From Octopus vulgaris (taxonomy: Eukaryota): a DNA stretch of 64,000 bases. Both the position numbers and the translations under genes were made by a program. The stretch spans positions 65,782,001 through 65,846,000 of the forward strand of contig OX597822.1 of NCBI GenBank assembly GCA_951406725.2, read 5' to 3'. The stretch's first letter is position 1; every line of letters starts with the position of its first letter. A model generated the notes under the pieces. The model was given only the letters and a program-made list of their open reading frames with translations. It made no database searches and had not been told where the DNA came from. Shown piece after piece: positions 1 through 13,616 of the stretch.

Positions 1-125
1 GTGTCAATGTAATCGATTTCATCCGTTTGTCTGTCCTTGTTTGTCCTCTCTGTGTATAGCCCCCTGTGGGTAGTAAAAAATAGGTATTTCGTCTGTTTTT
101 ACGTCCTGTGTTCAAATTCCGCCGA
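1..125 (+). mobile_element. SINE family A fragment (multimeric octopus-type SINE)
   Basis: Matches the repeat unit seen at 1791-1996 and 6196-6760 (ggtatttcgtctg...ttcaaattccgccga; tttgtctgtccttgtttgtcc). Confidence 0.75.
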
Positions 126-410
126 TATTGAACGAACCACCCATGTTTCCATAGGTGAATTATTCAGACCTCTAAGAATTCCTTTCAACACACGGCTATG
201 ATGCTTCCCTACTGCGTCTGCATGTGATCAAAGATGCACATATCGTCAGCCACTAAAGGACATGGTCAACTGGTTAAGGTCAAACAACTGACAAGCAAAT
301 CTGTGGTATTGAGCAGAATATTTGCTGTAGCCATCTTTTATACCAAGACAAAACAATGTACATGATAACACTTCCAATCAGTTAAGATCAGAAGTCACGA
401 ATGTCACTGC
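126..410 (-). mobile_element. Non-autonomous retroposon family B, partial copy
   Basis: Diverged direct repeat of ~705-989 (gatcaaagatgcacatatcgtcagc...gacaagcaaatctgtgg...accaagacaaaac). Confidence 0.65.
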
Positions 411-989
411 TTTATTATTATTATTATTATTATTGTTATTATTATTATTGTTTTTGTTGTTGTTGTTGTTGTTTTTATGTGAGAGAGAAGCGCATGCCAT
501 CAATGACTAGCCACCTGATAAGTGTACACCAGGCACATGCATCACAACTATATGAGTGACATGACACTGTGATCTCATATTGAGATAAAGAGTGCATGAC
601 CTGGCAGGCGGAGCCCAGTTAGAATTTCCTTCATGTCGTGATGTCCCTACCGCTCAAATGCGGGAATAAAAGTCCTATAAGGAAATTGAACAAAGAAAGT
701 TGAAGTTGAATGGAACTCCCGTGTTTGCACAGGTGAATGATTCAAACGCCAAAGAATTCCTCTCAACATATGGCTTTGGTGCTTCCGCACTGCTCCCGTT
801 CGTGATCAAAGATGCACATATCGTCAGCAACTAAGTGACATTCTCAACAGGTTAAGGTCAAACAACGGACAAGCAAATCTGTGGCATTGAGCAGAATATT
901 TTCTGTAGCCCATCCTTTAAACCAAGACAAAACATGTATATAACACTTCAAATTACTTAAGGTCAGAAACCACTGCTTTGTACTGCATC
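411..989 (-). mobile_element. Non-autonomous retroposon family B with (AAT/AAC)n 3' tail
   Basis: Second copy of the family. The (ATT)n(GTT)n tract at 411-477 reads as a simple-repeat tail on the minus strand. Confidence 0.65.
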
Positions 990-1274
990 TTCTCTATCCG
1001 AAATCATTATATCAGGTCTGTTGTGCTTACATTTTATTGAGGTCTTCGCTGGTACATTCCCAGAGTATTCCTTTTTATTATGAGTGGCTATGGCTTCTAC
1101 CATACTGTGAGTTCTTATTTCTCTGTCCTCAGGGATATCCTTCCAACGGATTTAATTACAGACTATCCTGTATGCATGTATGTATTCATGTATGCATGCA
1201 TGCATGTATGTACGTACGCACGTCTGTATGTATGTATGTATGCATGTATGTATGTATGTATGTATGTATGTATG

Positions 1275-1305
<31 letters not shown>

Positions 1306-1790
1306 CTCGAGAATTTTATTCTTGATTTCTTGACATTATCTTTGCTGTTCAAAGTTTCTACTTATCTTTCGCTTCCGCTATCGTAATTAGACAGAAATTT
1401 CAAAAATGCATGTAAAATTTGATCTGTATGGCTTTTGAAAGAGCTAAAATACTTTTAAACTTAGTAATTACATATTTATGTTTGTGGCCACTTTTAAGTC
1501 ATTTTGCAGAGTTCTTTATATTTGTCAATATACGGATAACGAAGGGCGAAAATTTTGACACGCGCACACACACGCTCGCGCGCGCACTCGACTTTGCTTC
1601 CTAAGATTAATGCGCAGACACACATGTCTGTGCAATAATATGTGTGTAGGTGCGAGTTTGTGTGTGCCTGTGTGCCTGTGTGTTTTTGTGTAAGTGTGTG
1701 TGTGTGTCTCTGTGTGTGTGTGTGTGTGGTAGTAAAGTGAATGAAGAGACAGTGAACATAGTTAAAGGCAACACAGAAAGACTTAAATAT

Positions 1791-1996
1791 AAGGCGGTGA
1801 GCTGGCAGAAACGTTAGCACGCGGGGCGAAATGCTTGGCGGTATTTCGTCTGTCTTTACATTCTAAGTTAAAATTCCTCCGAGGTCGACTTTGCCTTTCA
1901 TCCTTTCGCGGTCGATAAATTAAGTACCAGTTACACACTGGGGTCGATGTAATCGACTTAATCCCTTTGTCTGTCCTCATTTCTCCCCTCTATGTT
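1791..1996 (+). mobile_element. tRNA-headed SINE family A
   Basis: Head ggcggtgagctggcagaaacgttagcac (A-box-like) and B-box-like gttaaaattcc. Multiple copies in the window. Confidence 0.8.
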
Positions 1997-2833
1997 GTTG
2001 ACAGCAGACTTGAGCATTGACTGTTTTCATTATGTGGTAAAATTCAAAGTGAATTACTCTTTTGCAATCCCACCAGATAGAGAAAAGAAGCTTTTTTCCT
2101 TGAAGTTCCCTTCTAGGTTATGGTTGAGCCATTTTCCTTTTACCAAGCCACTGTTTACGACGTTTAACATAACGATAGAAGATCCATTTTTCGTCACCAG
2201 TCACAAGTCTATCCAAAAAGGGTGAAATGAGTTTGCGAGAATGGAGAGAATAGCAGATGTCAACTCGAGATTTCCGGTTGTTTTCGGACAATTCATGAGG
2301 CACCAATTTTCCAAGTTTAGGAACCTTCCAAGTTGTTGGAGATGATGAACAGTTGTATGATTTGAACTAAGCTCTATTGCCAATTCTTCAACTGATAATG
2401 CAGGATTTTCTTCAAGTAATGCCTGAAGGAGCTTATCCTCAAACTCAACTCGGAGTCCTGTTCGAGCTTCACCTTCAAGACTGAAATCTTCACTTCTGAA
2501 TTTTGAACACCATCTTCTGTAAATTCTTTCATTCAAGCATTCTTTCCCATAAACTATGTGTATGTTTCGAGTCGCTTCGGCTGCAGAGCTTCCTTTTTTT
2601 GTACTCTTAAAGCATTATGTGCCTTAAGTGCTCTTTGGATACTTCCATGTTAGAAAGGTTTTTAATCAAAGAAATTTTAATTCTATTATTCAGTAAAATA
2701 ATGTTTAATTAGTTTAAATGTTCACAAATGCATAAAAATAATTTTAAATTCCATTAGACATTCTAAAATACTATTAAATTTTTTCAATTTTAAAAAAGGT
2801 AAAATCGGAGAGAACTTATGGAATGACCTGATA
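1997..2833 (-). mobile_element. Degenerate mariner transposon, 3'-truncated
   Basis: Frameshifted transposase pieces (RWCSKFRSEDFSLE HTH region; VPHELS...DRLVTGDEKWIFY; SIWWDCKRVIHFE). One TIR, TATCAGGTCATTCCATAAGTTC on minus, at ~2806-2833. Confidence 0.9.
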
Positions 2834-3029
2834 CATATATACATACATTTATGTATGTGTGTATACACTCGTCTACCAAATACACTCGTAAGGGTTTGGT
2901 CGGTTCGGGGTTATAGTAGAAGACATTTGCCCAAGGTGATACGCAGTAGGACTGAACATGGATTATTATGGTCGGGAAACAAAATTCATAGACACTGTTG
3001 TATATTATACACACATAAATGTATATATG

Positions 3030-3082
<53 letters not shown>

Positions 3083-3182
3083 CTTGTCGGTATAAATATA
3101 TGTGTATTATAGGTATATAAAATTCATATAGGTATAGATATATAAGTATTGTTCATATAAATTTACATATATGTGTATATTC

Positions 3183-3239
<57 letters not shown>

Positions 3240-5085
3240 CCTTATCTTGGTGTGTATTTGTGCGTGAGTATGCGTGTTTGTGCGCATGTATATACATGGA
3301 AATATAAAACGTAGTTTCAAACATTACATATTTTATTTCATTATCAGATAACGTGTGGCATTTTTTTCTCCTAACTGAATAAAAATTAAATATCTCAATA
3401 ACCATACGCAACTCCCTCACTAGATTGTGAACATATACCCGATAACACAGATGAGAAGATATCTGTTGTGATTTCGGCACTTGTTCACATCTAATTGAAA
3501 TGTTTGTCACGAATGTTATGGCAAGTTGATAAAGATCTTCAGGGCACTGGGTACAGTATATTATACTTGGAATTTCAAATCATATTTTTGTTTTTTATTG
3601 AAAACAAATATTACACCATTTCTAAATGAAAGCAAATAAATTGCCTCCCAATATTATCAACAGAATCGTATTTGGTTTCTCTTTTTGGCGAAACGCATTC
3701 AATGCAACGATTGAAAACATAGATGAATGAACTCTATGTAATCTGGGATAATTATCTCACCGTCAAGACAGCAACGATCACATCATAGCAACAACAAACT
3801 CAACATGTTAATCTAACAAGAACTTCGACTGCAACAAACTTAAGTCTCCTGGTAGTGTAAGGTAGATGAAGATCAACGTAATCAGAAAGTTTTCCGGGCT
3901 ATATTCACCGTCTGTGAAAAAAAAAAAAAAAATACAGAGTGAAATCTCGTTATTTCATCAAGATAAGGGGAAAATGCAAGATTAACGGAGTCTCTTCTTC
4001 CATATTAGTAATGTTGTGCAATATTTCTGGCTGAAACACACACACACACATGTATTTATATACGCACACATATACAAATATACATGCATCGATAAATGCA
4101 TGTACATACATACGTGTACAATATACTCATGCCAACAGGCCAACAGAGCAACATCTAGCTTTGACATAATCACGCATTTCGATGATGCATTTCATATCTT
4201 ATTTATATTTTTTAATGTAAATAAAAAAAAAGTTCTTTATTGGGATTGCAGCTTGTATTTATTATTTTTTTCTTTTAAGGTGGAATGTTTTTTAGCAGAA
4301 GTTTATATATCCGATATATAGTCTGGTGATAGTGAATATCTTTCAATCTTTAAGACACCATGGAAACTGAGTGAATATGAAGTATGTTTAAGGAAACTAA
4401 AACCAGTACATCTCCGTTCTTTCCCAAAGATACCCGTGGGAGAATGTTAATGCAGTGATAGCATGGCAAGCTATGAGAATTATCGCTAATCGTATATCAT
4501 TTTCGCTGATAAAATAGCCGAAATATTTCTACATGTGATATCTCAGCGAGAGAAAAAAATGGCCGGTATGTTTCACGGCCTGTGAATTTGATTATCTTCC
4601 AAGGGAAGCTACATCATATAAAAGCTTATTAAGGAAACCCTTCTCTTATGCATTTGATTTTTAAAATATCTATGCTTCTCTTCTAAAGTGATGGGAACAA
4701 ATTTTAATTTATTTATTGATATAATTCAATATTTCTATATCGTCGAATACAAACTGTAATTTACTGTATGAAAGGTCGAAAAATCAGCTTTTGCGTGATA
4801 TCTTAGGCGCTACGTTTGTCCACGTTTCAACTGCTTCATTCTTACACAGTCTTGTTTGCATATATGTTAACGTGTGCTGCGATGCAAGAGCAATTTGGGG
4901 GAAACGGTTTCTGCACTATATATATGTGTTGAATGTTTCTGTTTTGATTTCAGATTGAGTCGTATATAAAGCTTGGAAACGAACTCGACGTTTCCCAATA
5001 TCTGGCTTTGGCAACATATCAAAGCGCTCTATTGAGTGATGGCAGCTGCTTATGCTATATATAGGAGCTATACATGTCAGATGGT

Positions 5086-5260
<175 letters not shown>

Positions 5261-6195
5261 AGTGGGAAACTAATTTGGACCGAATTTCTGAACATCCAAT
5301 AATTCTCGAAAATGCAATATAAAGCTGTATCTTAATAAAACAAGTGATTACAGGACAAGAAAATTACACTACGAAAATAATTGCATACTGTGTAGACAAA
5401 AGAGTTTGGAAATGCTTCATTAGTTAATCTGAAGTATATGAGATCATAAAATAAGTATGTATAGATATTGTTGTATCATTTTCAATGAGCTTCTACCATA
5501 TTTGTATAACACCGTAACCGCATTTCTCATATTTTAAATAAATTAATTTTCATTCCAAAATAAACCAACAATTGGCATATTATATTCAAAGCAGTTCAAA
5601 TTACTATCATATGTCTGCATATAATAATAAATTAAGGTTTATAGGTAAATCTTCTTGCAAACATTTGAATTATCTGAAGGGAAGTAAAAGTCAGGTCAAA
5701 CACAATATATAAATCGATATCCAAATAATAGACTTGTATCAACAATGACAAGGAGCTAAGATAAATCGAGCTGTATGAATAGTTGTAAGATAGGAAAATA
5801 TATATTTAATACCGACACAAGAGACATTAACACTAACTTTCAAACATCTAATATGTGAAACTGTCACACAAAGTCAGACACGAACACGCGTATGTGTTGT
5901 TTATGACTAATATTTAGAAATATAAAGTTAATCTGCATAGACGTTAAGCAGAGAAATTGTGTTCGATTTCAATTTCGCTTAACCTACCATTATATTTTCT
6001 GCTGAGATAGCCATTCTCGTTAGCTCTTCGGAAAGATACGAACTGAACGCACACACACACACATGCAAACATACCAAATATTTAAAAGTATTATATTCCT
6101 CATTCAGCCAGTGCTTCCAAATGTGAATGATGTGTGTAGACATACACACAACCTCGAGTATATTAATCCACGCAAAAGTATGTGTGTGTGTGTGT

Positions 6196-6760
6196 AAAGC
6201 GGCAAGCTGGCAGAAACGTTAGCACGCCGGGCGAAATGCGGTATTTCGTCTGTCTTTACGTTCTGAGTTCTGAGTTCAAATTCCGCCGAGGTCGACTTTG
6301 CCTTTCATCCTTTCGAGGTCGATAAATCAAGTACCAATTACGCACTGTAATCGATTTAACCCGTTTGACTGTTCTTGTTTGTCCCCTCCATGTTTAGCCC
6401 CTTGTGGGCAATAAAGAAATAAGAAATGTTAGCGCGCCGAGCGAAATGCTTTGTGGTATTTCGTCCGCCGCTACGTTCTGAGTTCAAATTCCGCCGAGGT
6501 CGATTTTGCCTTTCACCCTTTCGGGGTCGATTAAATAAGTACCAGTTACGCACTGGGGTCTATATAATCGACTTAATCCGTTTGTCTGTCCTTGTTTTTT
6601 CTCTCTGTGTGTAGCCCCTTCTGGGTAGTAAAGAAATAGGTATTTTGTCTGTCTTTACGTTCTGAGTTCAAATTCCACCGAGTTGCGTACTGGGGTTGAT
6701 CTAATCGACTGGCCCACTCTTCCAAAATTTCCGGCCTTGTGCCTAAAGTAGAAAAGAAAA
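6196..6760 (+). mobile_element. SINE family A, multimeric copy (about three tandem subunits plus 3' tail)
   Basis: Unit ggtatttcgtc...ttctgagttcaaattcc recurs at ~6241, ~6455 and ~6639. Ends ggccttgtgcctaaagtagaaaag. Confidence 0.85.
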
Positions 6761-6866
6761 ATATGTGTGTGCGTATTCGTACTTGTGTATACGGGACCGT
6801 CAGTCATCATGTCACACTTGGTAACGAGATTATTGATTGATGCCTAACAAATAATTTAAGCAGTCG

Positions 6867-6918
<52 letters not shown>

Positions 6919-8058
6919 CAATTTTAAAATAGGATAAAATATGTGCATATATGTTTAGACAGACAGACAGACAGACAGGCAGACAGACACATACACAGAC
7001 ACATCACACACACACACACACACACGTGTTTGTGAATACATATACTTATATGTTTGTATATATATATATGTTCCCAAAATAGTTTTACCAATGCACAGTG
7101 CAGATATGCTGTGTATGACAAATCTCAAAATTACCAACAGCAAATGCATGGTACTGAGTGTAGTTGAGAGAGGGCTACATCCAGATGGAAATGATATGTA
7201 CCTTGGTGACAACGTATAGGTATTTTTCGTTCTTGAAGCCCCTCACTATAATATGTTATTGATATCTATACCTTTAGTATATTCTATCTCTTGCAATACC
7301 ATTAATGTATTCGAATGGACTTCGGTCTCTACTAGAGCGAAGTCCCTCATCAAAATGTAACACCTGATACAAGCAGTTGAACACCACGGTAGCAAAAGCA
7401 AGCAAACTCTTTAGTAATTATTTCAATCTTGCTTGATATTCAATATAAGTGGAATGTTTTATATAATATCAATTGTTGAAAGGAAATATTTGCAGTTGGG
7501 TAATTTCCAACAATGTAACTTCTTCACATCAGTTTTATATATCACACACAAACACATATATTCATATAACACCGCATATACTAGTAAAGCCGGAGTTTAA
7601 GTCGGCGTATTCACGTGTTTATAAGAGTATATAGATACCTGTATAAACGCACATTTTTTTTTCCTTTCGTAAAATGAATGCTTTTCTCATCTGCTTTTCT
7701 CATATCTCAATGCAAAAACATTCGAAATAAGATAATATGAAATGCATCAAATTGCTCCACATACTCTCCTTGGAATGTTGTATGTTTGGGTACTTTTAAT
7801 GATGGATAGTAGACACATGGCCATATGGAAATGAAATCAATTTTTGATATATCAATACAGGCGTTCAATTTTATTCCTGATTTATGTGTTTCTAGTCTCA
7901 GATTATTAATGTGTATTTGTTTATATTGTACATGTGTGGTGACTGCTCATGTGAATATATGATTAGACACACATCGCATGAACGCAAGCAAAGAAAATAA
8001 AGTAACTACATACTCATATATCTATATACACAATAACTAGTATATATATGTGTATATT

Positions 8059-8125
<67 letters not shown>

Positions 8126-8160
8126 ATATATGTATGTGTATATATATGTGTGTGTGTGTA

Positions 8161-8204
<44 letters not shown>

Positions 8205-8563
8205 AACATATGCTATCTATCACGTATAGATAGGCAATCATATATCTTTAATTAGTTTAAATTACAGACTTCCTATTTATAAATGCTTATCTTACGCTTC
8301 TAATGAAAACAAATGCAAAACCCATAAATTTAAATCTCAAAACGTTTTGTTTTGAAAGCAAATTTAAATATGAGTAGTAAAAACCTGAAGGGCAATACTA
8401 TTATAAATAATAATTTACATTTCGTGTAAATTCTTTTCAATATTAAATAAAAATGCAGCGTCCATGAGGGAGGCATTCATATTTCAGAACACCTTCTTCA
8501 TTCGGCAATTGAATAAGTGTGTCCTCGGTTTCGCGATACATATATATTCAATCAATTGCGTTG

Positions 8564-8761
8564 ATGCCGGTTCAAAGCCCAGAGAAAGTAACATGGACCC
8601 AGGACCAGCAATCCGGCTCTGCAAAATCTGGAATTACTGAACAAACGGTAGAAGAGGTTCACGAGAATGGTTGGTATGAGAACGAAGGCAGTAGTGAAAC
8701 GGCTCTTATAACAGAGCCTAAAGAAAGACAAAAGAAAGTTAAGGCCCCGAAGAGCACGATT
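8564..8761 (+). CDS. Candidate first coding exon of an unidentified host gene (66 codons, phase 0)
   Basis: Acceptor-like tttcag ends 8487. ATG at 8564 opens MPVQSPEKVTWTQDQQSGSAKSGITEQTVEEVHENGWYENEGSSETALITEPKERQKKVKAPKSTI, ending exactly at a consensus GTGAGT donor (8762). Non-repetitive, higher GC than flanks, protein-like composition. No homologue recognised. Confidence 0.55.
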
Positions 8762-9036
8762 GTGAGTGCCATCGATATTGCCGCCCTATTCTTTCAGTAA
8801 CTCTACACAGCTTAAAGCTAAAGTAAACAGACAAACAAAAGTTATTCAATCACAGACTTATATTAACTTAGGATCCTGACTCAATTACCTTTGGTGATTA
8901 GCATCTTAAAGAATCTGTTGTCATCTTCACTATGTATAAATCGGGGAACATATGGAGGAGTCGCTAAATGTTTGCTCGATTTACCAAAAGCAGCAGCTAA
9001 ATTTTCCAACTAGTCTCCTTTACTTCAAAACGAAGA

Positions 9037-9554
9037 GTTGTTGTTGTGACCCTATTTGGTCATGAATGATCATGGGTTTGCACCTAGAAAGTTATCCTCC
9101 CAGGCAAATGTCTGGGCAAGGTTGTTTATGGAAGACCAGCAGTCGCCCATGCATACCGGCCTCCCTCTCCACACCACCTATGTTATCCAAGGGAAAGACA
9201 AAGGCCGATACAGCTTGGCACCAGTGACGTCGCAGCTCATTTATTAACGTGCAAGTGGCTGAGCACTCCACAGACACGTGTACCCTTAACGTAGTTCACG
9301 GGGAGATTCAGTGTGACACAGGATGTGACAAGGCTGGCCCTTTTGATATACAGGTACAACAGAAACAGGAAGAAAGATTGAGAGAAAGTTGTGGTGAAAG
9401 AGTACAGGAGGGTTCACCACCACCCCCTGCCGGAGCCACGTAGAGCTTTAGGTGTTTTGGCTCAATAAACACTCACAATGCCCGGTCTGGGATTCGAAAC
9501 CGCGATCCTACTACCACGAGTCCGCTGCCCTAACCACTGGGCCATTGCGCATCC
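9037..9554 (-). mobile_element. tRNA-derived SINE (octopus OR-type), long form with (CAA)n tail
   Basis: Minus-strand head GGATGCGCAATGGCCCAGTGGTTAGGGCAGCGGACTC...GGTTTCGAATCCCAGACCGGG has A and B boxes. The 5' part is shared with 35583-35875. Confidence 0.85.
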
Positions 9555-10711
9555 ACTCAGAGTTAAACTAGGTAAACACACATTAACGACCAACAAGCTT
9601 AACCGCGTACAATCTCTAACAAGTTATACGCATGAGAATTTCAACCTAATTCGGCATGTTACTGAACCAGTAATCAATTTTGTAATATTACTTCTACTTA
9701 GAACAGGCAGCAATCCTAAACTCATTGTGTTCCGTATCAGCTCGGAGGACTGCGTCATTTGATAGTTAATTGCCTTTGTCATAGAGATAATACCAACCTG
9801 GTCTAAGAAAACAATATCCATTTGGCCTCTAGTATAGCAGTCTCTCTACTCTACTGTCTGCAGCTTCCGATCGGGTAGATTAGTTAAGCTTTCCAGGCGT
9901 AAGCAGTCCGTCACTCACGAAGTGTACATCTAAATCTAACTTACATTTTCAATTTGGCCATCGTGCTCTGTAACAGCAAAGATATTCTGACTGTTATTGT
10001 TGGAAGATTGAGTGACTATACGCTCTCTCTGCCCCCCTCTCTCTCTTATGCTCAAAGCTTGTCGAAGTAAAATATTTCCCTGTCTCTGTTTGTCTATCTG
10101 TCTGTGTCTCTGCCTGTCTGTCTCTGTGTCTCTGCCTGTGTCTGTCTGTCTGTCTCTCAGTGTTTCTGTCTGTGTCTGTCTGTCTGTCTGTCTGTCTCTG
10201 TCTCTGTCTCTGTCTGTCTCTTTCTCTCTCTCTTTCTCTTAAGTTCAAAGCTTGTCGAAGTAAAATATTTTCCTAATTGCGACCTTTGCTATTATGAAAA
10301 TATTTCTTTCGTCTTTTGGCGATGTGATACGATGTAATGATAAATATGACTTTCCCACTGACATCTATGGTATACCACATCTAAATTTTCTTCAACTTCG
10401 AACTGAATTTAGTCTACGGTTTCTGCTTGCCAGCTGATCGAATGGTATTGACAGAAGCGGCAATAGTATCTGTGTTAAATCTTGATTTATTTTATAAGGA
10501 ATGTGTATTGTGATGTGTATATCATTTGCGAAGCATATCTTGTGAATCGATTTCTAGTCGAATCAAATTCAAGTGAAATATATATTATTGGACTACATGG
10601 TGAATATCAGCTTAATACTGAGTACTTTAATTGAGTATTTTTAATTCTTTATCCTGGGAAGTAAATTTTAGTGGACCTGATAATGAATTTTTTCTTCATT
10701 TTTAAAACTTA

Positions 10712-11215
10712 TAGGCGTAGGAGTGGCTGTGTGGTAAGTAGCTTGCTTACCAACCACACGGTTCCGGGTTCAGTCCCTTGGGCAAGTGTCTTCTACTATA
10801 GCCTCGGGTCGACCAAAGCCTTGTGAGTGGATTTGGTTGACGGAAACTGAAAGAAGCTCGTCGTATATATGGATATATATATATATAAATCAACCCCAGG
10901 ACTTATTCTTTGTAAGCCTAGTACTTATTATATCGGTCACTTATGCCGAAGCGCTACGTTACGGAAACTTAAATACATATATATATATTTGTATGTGTAT
11001 ATGTTTGCGTGTCTGTGTTTGTACCCCAAGCATCGGCTGACAACCGCTGCTGGTGTGTTTACGTCCCTGTAACTTAGCGGTTCGGCAAAAGTGACCGATA
11101 GAATAAGTAGTAGGCTTACAAAGAATAAGTCCTGGGGTCGATTTGCTCGACTAAAGGCGGCGCTCCAGCATGGCCACGGTCACATGTCTGAAACAAGTGA
11201 AAGAGTAAAGAGAAC
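10712..11215 (+). mobile_element. tRNA-headed SINE family C with internal (TA)n and an internal inverted segment
   Basis: Head ggcgtaggagtggctgtgtggtaag...gggttcagtccc. Tail ggcggcgctccagcatggccac...tgaaacaag. Confidence 0.88.
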
Positions 11216-11976
11216 CATGCATTGGTTAGTTGAATTTTGAGGGTTGAGAATTGCATTGATTACCATTGATTACTTTTGGTTAATTCAATTCAGTTTTCTT
11301 TCTCTAAACTTCTCTCTCTCTGAAACTTATACAACCACTCCCTCCCTCTCCCTCTCTCTCCCCTCTCCCTCTCCCCTCTCCCCCTCTCTCTCTCTCTTTC
11401 TCTCTCTGAGTTACTTTTTGAATGTTCTTACTCAATTACATTATGTAACAGGTTCATAGAAACTAACACCTTGTCTAATGGAGTCTTCTAATGCGTTATG
11501 ATCTTGTTTGTAGCTGCATTATTCCAATTATGTCATTACCATGTCTTCTGTAATGCATGAACATCGCAGTTGTCGCTTCTTTCTCGGTTGTCAGCACTGA
11601 TAATAACACACTAATAACCACCCATGATAAGGACATTTCAGAAATTTACTAGATCTGTCTTTTGTGTGCATAGTAGATTATTGATCTCTATGTTAAGATA
11701 TCAAGATCGATTTTTTTTAAATGAAATGTATTAGTATAACTTGCTGCGTAGACCCTAACACGTTATTGATACTTTGTTTATCGACCTGTGCTATAATGTG
11801 GAACATCTGCATTGTTATATGATTTGCTAGACGTAGCCCCCAAATTCACATTACATCATATTTTACTATCTTAGGAATGGAAGGATAAGTCGGTTAAGAG
11901 GGGAAATAAGATGCGATGCACACAGCGGAAACAACTTATATTTTAGGCTTTCTCGATAAAGATTAAAAGGCTATAA

Positions 11977-12229
11977 ATAAGAACATTCTCGTTTTTGGGT
12001 CCGGTTTGCAAGATTCTTTATACGAGTTCGTATGTTGAAGCATATTCTGTTATGTCTGGGGAGAGTCATTTTCTTTTTGAGCCTTATAATTTAACACACA
12101 CACCGGTAAAATTTCCACTTATTTCCTATTTTTATTTTCCTAAAATTTTCGTTGCGTCTTGCAGGAAAATAAAAATAGGAAATAAATGGAAATTTTACCG
12201 GTGAGTATGTTAAACTATAAGAACATTCT
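11977..12229. repeat. Fold-back insertion: 59-bp inverted arms, flanked by a 13-bp direct repeat
   Basis: Arms 12083-12141 and 12163-12221 (4 mismatches). ataagaacattct at 11977-11989 and 12217-12229. Confidence 0.85.
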
Positions 12230-13458
12230 ATAATCATAGAAATTTAGAATTAAGAGGACGGGAAACTGTTTCATTGGATACCTTTTAGTGAGTAGGTATC
12301 AACGACTAGGCTGTTCTTATTGTGGTTTGAGCCCATTATCATCTCTGATGACAGAGTCCTAATACTTATGACACTTCAGCCGTTGCTATCTCATCTGCTA
12401 ATGAGACATAATGTTTCCTGGAACATAAGTGCGTTAGAATCGATGTGTGGGAGTGTAATATTTGAGGCTTTTACCACTATAAAATGGTGGGGTGGGGGGG
12501 CATATTAGGGCAAAATTATCCCAGCCAAACGGGTGTTTTCATTGCAGCAACCGAGGTAAAGTAATTGCCGTGCAAATTGTTTTGAAGTCTTTGTAAATGA
12601 TGGCATCTGTCTCTGTTGTAGACTGCAAGGCTCACACAAGGCATTTACTGCTTTCACAGTTTACGGATAAGTTGCAATTCTTTGTAAAATAATAAGTTAT
12701 TTTTGATGATTAATAAAAAGGCGGGGGAGAATTTATAATGTTAGAATTTCCTTTCGAAATTATTATTAATAGGAAAATTAGCAAGCATCAGAATATTCAC
12801 TTTGACAATTTATAACGTTTGCCAAAATTTGCAATGGAAGGGCACGATATGATTTCTGTCTATCAAAAGACAAAAGGGGTAATATATATATATATATAAA
12901 TACATATATGTGGAAAAATGCATATATACTTACATAAGCAACCCCGCGTTATACCTACACATTTTGTTTTCAAAATGGAGCAGTTTGTGTAGTTATATCC
13001 TTGGGAAAGCCATATGCATATATATTACTATCGCAATTCAGATATTTAAAATGTCATGCCTTATGAGATAAAAATATTCTATAAATGTAACAGATATTCA
13101 GCAAGTGACACTAATGTCATACGCAAATAACCGCCGATAAACTGCTATGTGTTATACATAAATAACACACACACACACACATACACTCACTCAAAAACAC
13201 ACATACGTTCATGTGTATTGCGAATAATATGTATGTAAATATAATGCATTCACATGAGTGTTCTGCATTTATAAATGCCTATTTGATTATACGTGAAAGA
13301 GACGAGTTTCAAGCTCATATCAAATTTAAACCCCCAAAGTGTTGCGCATTTTCATCCTGTGCATAAATAATATGCACGAGTATGTGTGTATGTAAAACCA
13401 TAAAACGTGAGTTATGCTTGTACGTGAATATCAATACGAATATATGCATAAGTACAAT

Positions 13459-13616
<158 letters not shown>

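Noticed and set aside
4280-4381. Possible 5' UTR exon (strong ttttcttttaag acceptor, GTATGT donor)
   Set aside because: Only splice-like signals and no convincing coding frame; cannot be distinguished from chance without RNA data.
6196-6760. Regularly repeated units resembling a CRISPR-like array
   Set aside because: Units are long SINE subunits without unique spacers; eukaryotic context and no cas genes.
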